Assembly: GCA_003635185.1 (NCBI GenBank)
Contig: PYJA01000119.1
Location: forward strand, 2,115-66,114
Reading direction: 5' to 3'
Source of the DNA: Candidatus Poribacteria bacterium
Lineage (GTDB): Bacteria; Poribacteria; WGA-4E; WGA-3G
Length of the DNA: 64,000 nucleotides
The notes beneath the pieces were generated by a model. That model did no database searches and had not been told where the DNA came from. It saw nothing but the letters and a program-made list of their open reading frames with translations. Shown piece by piece: positions 1 through 8,309 of the stretch. How positions within the stretch are numbered: the first letter of the stretch is position 1; each line of letters opens with the position of its first letter. Position numbers and translations under genes: made by a program.

Positions 1-197
1 GGCAGACGGTGAGGTTAGTATAAACCGATCTGATTTTAGAGTTAAATAGAACCAAAGTGTTCAAAAAATGGACAATAGTGTTCATTTTCTGACATTATTC
101 ATGCAAAATTCCAAGTTTTAGGACGAGAAAACCCATTAGATATTGGCATCGTATTTGCTATATATTAAATTAAACAACTTTTCATAGGAGAATAAAA

Positions 198-1319
198 ATG
201 AAATTTAAAAACTTGATCGGGTTAATGCTGGTGTTCCTTATGGTTGCAATCACCGTCCACATCAGCGCAGCCCCAAACCACGAAACAGGTCCTGTTAAAT
301 ATGAAGCCTTAAACAAACGCGTCATTGCAAGCATTGACAAAGGATTAGAATGGTTAAAGACACAACAAGGTGAAGATGGACTCTTTGCCGACCATCCTGG
401 AATAACTGCGCTTGCAATCACTGCATTTTTGCGGCATCCGCAGAAAAAATACTCAGATGAAAAACACCCGTTTATCCAGAAGGCAATTGATCGGTTAGTT
501 GCGATGCAGCAGGAGAACGGTGCTATTTACGATATAAACAAGCAACCTGCGCTGCCCAACTACAATACCTCTATTTCTGTGATGGCTCTTTCTTCAACTG
601 CAAATCCAAAGAAATATGAGAAAGTAATCAAAAAAGCACAAGGTTTTATAAAAGGTCTTCAGGTTCAAGATGAAGAAAGTGTGTATTATGGCGGTATCGG
701 TTACGGAAGCCGCGAATCCGTACACGATCTTTCTAACCTAAACCTTGCTATTCAAGCGCTGAAAGAGAGCGGGTCTGATGATGATGAAGTTTGGAACAAA
801 GCGATTAAATTTCTGGAACGCACGCAGAACCGTAGCGAAAGCAACGATCAGAAGTGGGCTGGCAACGATGGCGGATTTATCTATTCACCCGATGGTGAAA
901 GCAAGGCAGGCACAGATGAAGCTGGTAGTCCGCGATCCTATGCCAGCATGACGTATGCGGGGTTGTTGAGTTTTATCTACGCAAATGTAGATAAAAATGA
1001 TGACCGCGTGAAATCTGCTGTCCAATGGATTGGAAAGCACTTCACGGTCGAAGAAAACTACGGCATGGGCGCACAAGGTCTCTACTATAACTATCATACG
1101 ATGGCAAAAGCCTTGCGTCTATATGGAAAAGATACCATTATAGATGCCAAAGGTGTCTCACACGATTGGTACCAAGAACTCGCTGAAAAATTGATCAAGG
1201 TCCAAAAATCTGATGGATCTTGGGTGAACGAGAACAGCCGCTGGATGGAAGCACTTCCTGTGTTAGCAACCAGTTACGCTATTCTCTCGCTTGATACTGC
1301 TTACCCGAAAGAAAAATAA
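198..1319 (+). CDS. secreted prenyltransferase/squalene-oxidase-repeat (alpha/alpha-barrel) protein
   Basis: 373-aa ORF. AGGAG lies 8 nt upstream. N-terminal hydrophobic signal (LIGLMLVFLMVAITVHISA). Repeated Q..NG / DGG / DGSW motifs (QQENGAIYD, GGIGYGS, NDGGFIYS, KSDGSWVNE) are typical of prenyltransferase/terpene-cyclase repeats. Confidence 0.6.
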   Translation: MKFKNLIGLMLVFLMVAITVHISAAPNHETGPVKYEALNKRVIASIDKGLEWLKTQQGEDGLFADHPGITALAITAFLRHPQKKYSDEKHPFIQKAIDRLVAMQQENGAIYDINKQPALPNYNTSISVMALSSTANPKKYEKVIKKAQGFIKGLQVQDEESVYYGGIGYGSRESVHDLSNLNLAIQALKESGSDDDEVWNKAIKFLERTQNRSESNDQKWAGNDGGFIYSPDGESKAGTDEAGSPRSYASMTYAGLLSFIYANVDKNDDRVKSAVQWIGKHFTVEENYGMGAQGLYYNYHTMAKALRLYGKDTIIDAKGVSHDWYQELAEKLIKVQKSDGSWVNENSRWMEALPVLATSYAILSLDTAYPKEK

Positions 1320-1333
1320 AAAGAGGGATATGA

Positions 1334-1801
1334 GTGAAATTTAGTAAACCGTTTCAGGTAGGTGCTTTCTTAATGGCAGTCTTAACTTTCAGTATGCCTT
1401 TTGCTACGTTTGCCCAACAAACTGTGGTCGCGGCACAAGCTGAATCTGATGCTATAGCAGATGCTGATAAAGATGTTAACAAACCGCTATGGTTTGGTGC
1501 TGGATGCCTACTTTCAGGACTCGTATTTGTGCCTTTACCCGGTATATATACGAGTTGTCTTTTACCACCAATAGGGATTACTGGCGCTTATTTTTATCAA
1601 CCCGATCCTTCACCTGCACGTTTCATTGGAAAGTCCCCAGAGTATGTATCTGTCTATACATCAGCTTACAAATCAAAAAGAGGGAAGACCCAAGCCAGTA
1701 TGTCCTCTGCAGGATGCCTTACTGGCTGTGGTGCAATTGGACTGACACTTGTTGGAATTGGATTTGCATTATTAGATGATTTTGAGCTACCAGCAGAATA
1801 G
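1334..1801 (+). CDS. hypothetical secreted/membrane protein
   Basis: 155-aa ORF with a GTG start 5 nt after AGAGGGA. It has a signal-like N-terminus (FLMAVLTFSMPFATFA) and hydrophobic, Gly-rich central and C-terminal segments. No family recognised. Confidence 0.4.
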   Translation: MKFSKPFQVGAFLMAVLTFSMPFATFAQQTVVAAQAESDAIADADKDVNKPLWFGAGCLLSGLVFVPLPGIYTSCLLPPIGITGAYFYQPDPSPARFIGKSPEYVSVYTSAYKSKRGKTQASMSSAGCLTGCGAIGLTLVGIGFALLDDFELPAE

Positions 1802-1814
1802 ATTTTAACCATAC

Positions 1815-1843
1815 AAGGCGGATTTCTATATCCGCCTTTTTTG
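1815..1843 (+). terminator. rho-independent terminator
   Basis: Stem aggcggat (1816-1823) pairs with atccgcct (1830-1837) around a 6-nt loop. A T-run follows, immediately after the 1801 stop. Confidence 0.7.
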
Positions 1844-1946
1844 TTTCTCCTATCTACACAACCCCCGAAATTGAATAAACCTATTTCTTGTAATAACGTT
1901 AAATACTCAATTTAAGATTTAAGGGTTATCCCAGGATTGAGAGAAA

Positions 1947-3248
1947 ATGCGTATACTTGAAGGGTTAAATGTTGGAATTACTGCAATTCGTATCAACAAG
2001 ATGCGTTCGCTGCTGACGATGCTTGGAATCATCATCGGTGTCGCCTCTGTGCTTGCCATGATTTCGATTGGCGATGGTGCTAAAGAAATTGTGTTACGTG
2101 ATGCCCAAAAACTCGGTGGAGCAAACCAGTTTACTATCTACCGCACATGGTATAAACGGGTAGGCACACAATGGGTCCGAATCCGTAGCAATGAGTACAT
2201 GAAGTACGGAGATGTGTTGGCAATTGAAGCGGAATGCCCCTCTGTGAAAGCTGTGACTCCACGGATCCCAGAGTGGAGAGGTGCGTTAATTGAAGCTGCA
2301 AGAGGTGTGCAAACTCGTGCAGGCTATAATGGCGTAGATGCCACCTATAAAACTGCAATGGATTGGGATATTCAAGAGGGCCGGTTTATTACAGACGAGG
2401 ATGTGGAAAATGCATCGTCCGTTTGTGTGCTTGGAGATGAGGTGGCGGCATCTCTGTTCGGCGACAAATCCCCTCTGGGACAGGAAATAAAAATTGCAAG
2501 AGGCGATGGACGTTATGACCGATGGGGACGAAGGGACAAGAAGCGGTACACAGAACGTTTTACGGTTGTAGGCACGATGAAACCGAGAGGCAGAAGTCTT
2601 CGATTCGGATGGAGTTATGATAACCTCGTCTTTATGCCGTTAACAACTACTCAGAAACGTTTTACTGGTAATGATAGGGTTCAGGATATTGTCGTCTATG
2701 CAAACACTGTTGAAGATGTACCGAAGGCGATTGAAGAGGTAAAAGCAGTTATCCGTAAGCGGCATAAAAACCAAGACGACTTCATCAGAATCTTTGATAT
2801 GCGTGAAGGCATGGCACAGCTGGAGAAGATCAGTAGGGTGATAAAAATAGCGTTGGGGAGTATTGCTGGTTTTTCGCTGCTCGTTGGCGGCATCGGTATA
2901 ATGAACATGATGCTTGTCGCTGTCACGGAACGGACACGTGAGATAGGGCTTCGGAAAGCGCTCGGTGCAACACGGTTTGACATCCTAATTCAATTCTTAA
3001 TGGAGGCTGTTGTGATGTGCGGTTTAGGCGGGTTGATAGGCATAGCTTTGGGGGTCTTTGCTGGACAAGGTATGGCACTTCTCGCTGTCAAGATCGCAAA
3101 AATTGTGCCTGAATGGCCTTCAGTTGTTTCAACGGAATGGGTGTTAATTTCTATATCCTTTTCAGCGTTGATTGGTATCTCATTTGGGTTGTATCCTGCG
3201 ATAAAAGCATCTTCACTTTCGCCTATTGAAGCATTGCGTACTGATTAA
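1947..3248 (+). CDS. ABC-type efflux permease, MacB/FtsX family (no ATPase domain), paralogue 1
   Basis: 433 aa. N-terminal TM helix (LLTMLGIIIGVASVLAMISIGDGA), then a large periplasmic domain, then a C-terminal FtsX-type 3-TM bundle with the ERTREIGLRKALGA motif. Confidence 0.85.
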   Translation: MRILEGLNVGITAIRINKMRSLLTMLGIIIGVASVLAMISIGDGAKEIVLRDAQKLGGANQFTIYRTWYKRVGTQWVRIRSNEYMKYGDVLAIEAECPSVKAVTPRIPEWRGALIEAARGVQTRAGYNGVDATYKTAMDWDIQEGRFITDEDVENASSVCVLGDEVAASLFGDKSPLGQEIKIARGDGRYDRWGRRDKKRYTERFTVVGTMKPRGRSLRFGWSYDNLVFMPLTTTQKRFTGNDRVQDIVVYANTVEDVPKAIEEVKAVIRKRHKNQDDFIRIFDMREGMAQLEKISRVIKIALGSIAGFSLLVGGIGIMNMMLVAVTERTREIGLRKALGATRFDILIQFLMEAVVMCGLGGLIGIALGVFAGQGMALLAVKIAKIVPEWPSVVSTEWVLISISFSALIGISFGLYPAIKASSLSPIEALRTD

Positions 3249-3250
3249 AT

Positions 3251-3994
3251 CTATTCCCCGGGCATTCCATTATAAGTGCGTCCGTCTAATTCTCTTCCTG
3301 TTTTTGATTTACGTGTGCCGCCCCACTGCTTAAAGAAAAAGGGCACTCCATCTCTTTTACACTGATCTCGGATTTCAACAACCCATTTCTTTTTCATTTC
3401 GCGTGCGCCAGGGCCAGACTCTCCACCCACGATCACCCAATCTATACCGCTCAACTCCAAATCTGGTAGAGGACCAATAAGCGGTTCAAGCGAAAGGAAT
3501 TTAATTTTTGCATCCGTTTGACGTAGATCGTCAATCCGATCCATCACGCGACTATCTTCAACACTAACCCCCATCCAAACGTTTGAAGGCCACGGCAACT
3601 TCGGGCTAAATTCCAGCATCCGTGATGCCCGCTTCGTCAATATTTGGAATTGATGCCAATTCGCCTCCTTCATAACAGAAAAGACTTCTTGTATAAAATC
3701 CAATTTGATTTTTTCGTGAAACAGATCACTCATGGAGTTAACGAAAATTCTACGTGGTTTTTTCCATTTTAATGGCTCATTAAGCAGCGTGTAAACAGGG
3801 CGTACTTTTCTTGTCCATTGTGGACCTGCTTTTGTGTTTTCTGCTAACCCTTCGTAAGCCATGCCTGGACCAGAAAATCTTGCTGCAATGCGTTCGGCAT
3901 AACAGAAGCGGCAGCCTTCAGATACACGGGTGCAGCCGCGTACGGGGTTCCACGTAGATTCAGTCCACTCAATACTTGAGGATAGGGTTGCCAT
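3251..3994 (-). CDS. DUF5131 / phage Gp37-Gp68 family protein (three-Cys motif)
   Basis: 247 aa. The N-terminal signature IEWTESTWNPVRGCTRVSEGCRFCYAE (Cx6Cx2C) is characteristic of the Gp37/Gp68 family. The stop is convergent with, and 2 nt from, the permease stop. Confidence 0.8.
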   Translation of the reverse strand: MATLSSSIEWTESTWNPVRGCTRVSEGCRFCYAERIAARFSGPGMAYEGLAENTKAGPQWTRKVRPVYTLLNEPLKWKKPRRIFVNSMSDLFHEKIKLDFIQEVFSVMKEANWHQFQILTKRASRMLEFSPKLPWPSNVWMGVSVEDSRVMDRIDDLRQTDAKIKFLSLEPLIGPLPDLELSGIDWVIVGGESGPGAREMKKKWVVEIRDQCKRDGVPFFFKQWGGTRKSKTGRELDGRTYNGMPGE

Positions 3995-4064
3995 TCATTT
4001 GTCTCCTATAGAAACTCATATATTCATTTATGATTTTGAAAACTACTTTTCAGTTTATGTAAGA

Positions 4065-4958
4065 TTATGACGGATCTAAAATATGTTGCGCTATTCTGAC
4101 CGCTGTTTGAGCACCACGTGGATTTCCTGCTGCAAAACACAACAGGTACAATGGAACATTCTTTGAATTGCGTAGAGAAAGCGGATTTGTTGCTACTCCA
4201 GCAAAGATTCCCTGTAGTCGTTTTATAAAGTATTGTTCAATTTCTGTAAATATATTACCTACTTTTTCCCATCGTTCCTCTTCACCAAATAGTGAATTTT
4301 CATGAGCCAGTTTGTAGAATATCTCATACCAATCTTCTTCACCAAAAAACTTGTATAGTTTTTCTCGAATAGCCTCACGGATTTCAGCATCCCTTTTTAG
4401 CAATCTATTGACGGTACCAATTGGGAAAAGCAACCATAAATCAATTGCTTTTGTGTCTGCAATTAATTTAATTGTTTCCCATTCCACCTGCATACCAAAA
4501 GGATCAAGAAATACTAATGCCCGATGTCGTTCCCAATTCTTATTACAAACATCAGTCAAATATTCATTTGCCTCTGTGAGTATACACTCAATACTATCTT
4601 TTGAGAACTCATCCTTGGGCAAAAATTCATCCCTGAGCTTCTCTAATTCGGAAAAATTATTCTTATCTTGTTCTATGAAAATATATTTTTTAAACGGTGG
4701 TTGGACTTCCAGAGCATTACGGGCAGAACCTTGTCGAAAGTTAACTACTTCTTGAGTGTCAAGTTCTGGAAACAGTGCCTCATTTGAGTCTTCATCAAGC
4801 ATAACTTCACGGTAACCAGTCCCTGCAAAGGCATCTATGTAAGCAAATTCAAATTGCTGTCTATTCATAATCGTTGTGTAAGCTTGAAGATATTTTCGCA
4901 CACAGTCCAACTTTTGCTCTGTCCAGTCTCCACCAAACGTTTGGCCAATATTATTCAT
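4065..4958 (-). CDS. tcmP: three-Cys-motif partner protein TcmP-like (methyltransferase-like)
   Basis: The ORF runs to 4970 (TTG), but ATG at 4958 is directly preceded by GGGAGAGGAA. Features: GGDWTEQKLDCVRKYLQAY N-terminus, SAM-motif-I-like YIDAFAGTGY, RsmD-like VFLDPFG. It lies 70 nt upstream of the DUF5131 gene on the same strand. Confidence 0.7.
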   Translation of the reverse strand: MNNIGQTFGGDWTEQKLDCVRKYLQAYTTIMNRQQFEFAYIDAFAGTGYREVMLDEDSNEALFPELDTQEVVNFRQGSARNALEVQPPFKKYIFIEQDKNNFSELEKLRDEFLPKDEFSKDSIECILTEANEYLTDVCNKNWERHRALVFLDPFGMQVEWETIKLIADTKAIDLWLLFPIGTVNRLLKRDAEIREAIREKLYKFFGEEDWYEIFYKLAHENSLFGEEERWEKVGNIFTEIEQYFIKRLQGIFAGVATNPLSLRNSKNVPLYLLCFAAGNPRGAQTAVRIAQHILDPS

Positions 4959-5000
4959 TTCCTCTCCCAATTTAAGTTAAACAGATTATCACCATACAAC

Positions 5001-5029
5001 ATTATACCTATTTAGTTAGATTTTGTCAA
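5001..5029 (-). promoter_or_regulatory. consensus sigma-70 promoter for the tcmP-DUF5131 cassette
   Basis: On the minus strand, TTGACA (5029-5024), a 17-nt spacer and TATAAT (5006-5001). This is about 40 nt upstream of the tcmP start. Confidence 0.65.
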
Positions 5030-5036
5030 ATAAGTT

Positions 5037-5213
5037 TATAACGACTTGTGCCAGTTAACTAATTGTTTTTGTAATTTTCACAGATATTAGGTGTTATCAT
5101 ATAAACATATCGTCCCTACGGACTGAAGAGCATATCAACCAATAGGAAACACGGACAAAACGTTTCGCTTATGTGAAATAACATTTTACATTAGGTTATT
5201 TAGCACAACTCGT
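5037..5213 (+). repeat. intergenic repeat family A (copy 1)
   Basis: About 177 bp, near-identical to 24829-25055. It contains the core tataaacatatcgtccctacgg(g)actgaagag with an internal gtccc-tac-gggac hairpin. Confidence 0.85.
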
Positions 5214-5426
5214 GTTTATAGATAATCCGTTCATTATTTTTACAATAAACCCATTTCCCAATTTTGACGTCAAAAAAGAGTAATTACATTCCAAAAAACT
5301 GTTAGCAAATTAAGGAAGGAGTTTGTACTGCCATCTTTTCTCAATTGTCCGAACCTTATCTGCTTTTTTCTGTCTAAATTACAAGGTATAAAAGGTTAAT
5401 CTTTTGAAAGTCTTTGGAGACAAGAG

Positions 5427-6728
5427 ATGCGTATATTTGAGGGGTTATCCGTTGGGATTTCAGCAATTCGCAGCAACAAACTACGATCATTGCTGACGAT
5501 GCTCGGTATTATCATCGGGGTTGCCTCTGTGCTTGCGATGATCTCAATCGGTGACGGAGCTAAGGAAATTGTGCTACAAGACGCACAAAAATTAGGTGGC
5601 GTCAACCAATTCACAATGTACCGCAGCAGTTACAGGCGTGTCGGTAGGCGTTGGATGCCGAACCGTAGCAACGAATACTTCAAGTACGAAGACGTATTAG
5701 CGATTGAAGCAGAATGCCCATCCGTAAAGGTAGTTGTTCCCCGAATTCCGGAATGGCGGGGTGTCCAAATTCAAACTAAAGATGGGTCTGAAACTCGCAG
5801 CGGTTATAACGGTGTGAACGCCTCATTTTCGGAAGCGATGGACTGGGGAATTCAGGAAGGACGTTTTATTTCCGATGAGGATATTGAAAACAAAGCGAAA
5901 GTTTGTGTTTTAGGAACTGAGGTCGCACTTAACCTATTTGGTAACAAATCTCCAATAAACCAAGAAATCAAAATCGGTAGAGGAGGCGGTAGATTTGATA
6001 GATACGGCAGAGGGGATCAGGTCCGGATCGCTGAACGTTTTACTGTCGTAGGAACGATGATGCCGCGGGGTAGAAGCCTTAGATTCGGATGGAACTTAGA
6101 CGATATGGTGTTTCTGCCGCTAACAACTGCGCAAGAACGTTTTACCGGTAACGATCATATTGTCATGTTATCGGTTCAAGCCAACACCGTTGACGATGTG
6201 CCGAAAGCAATAGAAGAGGTGAAAGAAGTAATGAGAAAACGCCACAAGAATCAAGATGACTTCTTTGACCTTAGAGATATGCGCGAAGGTATGGCACAGT
6301 TAGATAAAATCAGTAGAGTGATAAAAATAGCGTTGGGGAGCATTGCTGGTTTTTCTCTGCTTATTGGTGGTATCGGTATAATGAACATGATGTTGGTCGC
6401 TGTTAGTGAACGCACACGTGAAATCGGTCTGCGGAAGGCACTCGGAGCGAAACGTTTAGATATTATGCTACAGTTCTTGATTGAGTCCATTGTGATGTGT
6501 GTTATAGGCGGGGTTTTAGGTATTGGGTTAGGTTATCTTGCAGGTGAAGGTATGGCACTTCTCGCTGTGAAGATCGTCAAGATGGTGCCAGATTGGCCCT
6601 CAGTTATCTCTATGCAGTGGGTTATTATTTCGGTTTCATTTTCTGCGTTGATAGGTATCTCTTTTGGACTCTATCCTGCGCTAAAAGCGTCCGCACTTTC
6701 CCCGATAGAAGCACTGCGCACTGAGTAG
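5427..6728 (+). CDS. ABC-type efflux permease, MacB/FtsX family, paralogue 2
   Basis: 433 aa. Collinear with 1947-3248 without indels, and identical over long runs (LLTMLGIIIGVASVLAMISIGDGAKEIVL, DMREGMAQL.KISRVIKIALGSIAGFSLL). Confidence 0.85.
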   Translation: MRIFEGLSVGISAIRSNKLRSLLTMLGIIIGVASVLAMISIGDGAKEIVLQDAQKLGGVNQFTMYRSSYRRVGRRWMPNRSNEYFKYEDVLAIEAECPSVKVVVPRIPEWRGVQIQTKDGSETRSGYNGVNASFSEAMDWGIQEGRFISDEDIENKAKVCVLGTEVALNLFGNKSPINQEIKIGRGGGRFDRYGRGDQVRIAERFTVVGTMMPRGRSLRFGWNLDDMVFLPLTTAQERFTGNDHIVMLSVQANTVDDVPKAIEEVKEVMRKRHKNQDDFFDLRDMREGMAQLDKISRVIKIALGSIAGFSLLIGGIGIMNMMLVAVSERTREIGLRKALGAKRLDIMLQFLIESIVMCVIGGVLGIGLGYLAGEGMALLAVKIVKMVPDWPSVISMQWVIISVSFSALIGISFGLYPALKASALSPIEALRTE

Positions 6729-6741
6729 GGGATATTAAAAA

Positions 6742-8058
6742 ATGAATCTATTTGAATGTATCATTTTAGGCATTACCAGTTTGCGGCGGAACCCATTACG
6801 TTCAAGTCTGACAATTTTAGGTATTATTGTCGGCGTAGGTTCAGTCGTCAGTATGGTCTCTGTTGGTGATGGGTCTTCTGCTATGGTGCTACGCGAGATT
6901 GAGCGGACAGGCGGTACAAAGATCATTGAAATCTATCGTGATGATTGGGATAAGCAGTCTGGCACGTTAAGTCGGGCAGCGGGTGAAGCCGTCAGGGGCA
7001 GGAGTCGTTGGCGTAGGAACCGTGCGGAGCATTTGGAAACAGATGATGTTTATGAAATTATAAAGGGTGCCCGCCGTATCGTTGACGCTGTGGGAGAAGA
7101 TGATATGCCCGGTTGGAGTGTCAGTTACAAAGGACGGAAGAAAGAATCCCGAATTGTGGCATCAACAGCAGGATATGATCGTTCTCATAACTGGTACACG
7201 TCAAGCGGTAGATTTTTCAACCCTGAAGAGGTAGAAGCTGCCAGCAGCGTTGCTGTAATCGGCTCAAAAATTGCAGAAGAGGTGTTTTTGAACGAAGACC
7301 CCGTTGGAAAAGAGATAAAAGCTTCACGTCCTTCTTATTGGCGCGGTAGGAGTGGCTTGTATGAGGTCCGCCTTAGAGTTATCGGTGTGATGGAAGAGAA
7401 AGGTGATGCAATGGATACAACTGGCTGGGATGACAGGTTTATCATTCCGATAACGACACTTCAAGACCGTTTCAAGGGGCGCCAAGATATTGAACGGATT
7501 CGCGTTGAAGCAGTGGAGGTAGATGATATTCCACAAGTAATTGCAGATGCAAAGCATATCTTAGGCAGAATACACAATAACACAGGTGAGGAATATAACT
7601 ATTGGACTGCCGAGGAGGAATTGGCTACTGCCGGTAAAGTCGGTTTGGTCATGAAAGCGTTGATGGGGGGTATCGCGGGTATCGCATTAATGGTTGCTGG
7701 TATCGGTGTGATGAATATTATGCTCGTATCTGTAACTGACCGCACGAAAGAAATTGGTTTGCGGAAAGCACTGGGTGCAACCTTCAATGATATCATCACC
7801 CAATTCCTGATTGAAGCATCTGTCCTCACCTTAGTGGGAGGAATTTTGGGCTCAATCTTAGGGGTATTTATGGGGCAAGGTACAGCTGCTCTCATTTCCA
7901 GGTTTGTGTGGGAAGGCAGCAATTGGCCCTCAGTGATTTCATTTGAGACAATGTTTATTGCGTTGCTTGTATCTGTCGCTATTGGTGTTTTCTTTGGGCT
8001 TTATCCCGCCCATAAGGCGGCAAAACTTACGCCTGTTGAAGCACTTAGAACTGATTAG
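6742..8058 (+). CDS. ABC-type efflux permease, MacB/FtsX family, paralogue 3 (divergent)
   Basis: 438 aa. Same architecture (N-terminal TM, periplasmic domain, DRTKEIGLRKALGA FtsX motif). Starts 13 nt after paralogue 2. Confidence 0.85.
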   Translation: MNLFECIILGITSLRRNPLRSSLTILGIIVGVGSVVSMVSVGDGSSAMVLREIERTGGTKIIEIYRDDWDKQSGTLSRAAGEAVRGRSRWRRNRAEHLETDDVYEIIKGARRIVDAVGEDDMPGWSVSYKGRKKESRIVASTAGYDRSHNWYTSSGRFFNPEEVEAASSVAVIGSKIAEEVFLNEDPVGKEIKASRPSYWRGRSGLYEVRLRVIGVMEEKGDAMDTTGWDDRFIIPITTLQDRFKGRQDIERIRVEAVEVDDIPQVIADAKHILGRIHNNTGEEYNYWTAEEELATAGKVGLVMKALMGGIAGIALMVAGIGVMNIMLVSVTDRTKEIGLRKALGATFNDIITQFLIEASVLTLVGGILGSILGVFMGQGTAALISRFVWEGSNWPSVISFETMFIALLVSVAIGVFFGLYPAHKAAKLTPVEALRTD

Positions 8059-8180
8059 ATCGTTATAAATGGTTAAACACACGGACAGGTAGGATTATAG
8101 ATTTCAGACCACTTACTTTTAAGAAGTGTCCGTTTGTCATATATGGTAGATTTTAGAATTAAGTTAAACACGGTTAAAAC

Positions 8181-8244
8181 GTAGGAGGGAACTCCGATTC
8201 CCGACTATCAATGTGTTTTGTCGCGATTCGGAGATCGCTCCTAC
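8181..8244. repeat. palindromic repeat family C (copy 1)
   Basis: gtaggagggaactccgattcccgac...gtcgcgattcggagatcgctcctac forms an imperfect long hairpin. 43581-43643 is its reverse complement. Confidence 0.8.
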
Positions 8245-8309
8245 AGTGAACGTGTATATTTAATTGTATAATTCACCATACCTTCCAAACCTTATAGGAG
8301 GAATAAGTT

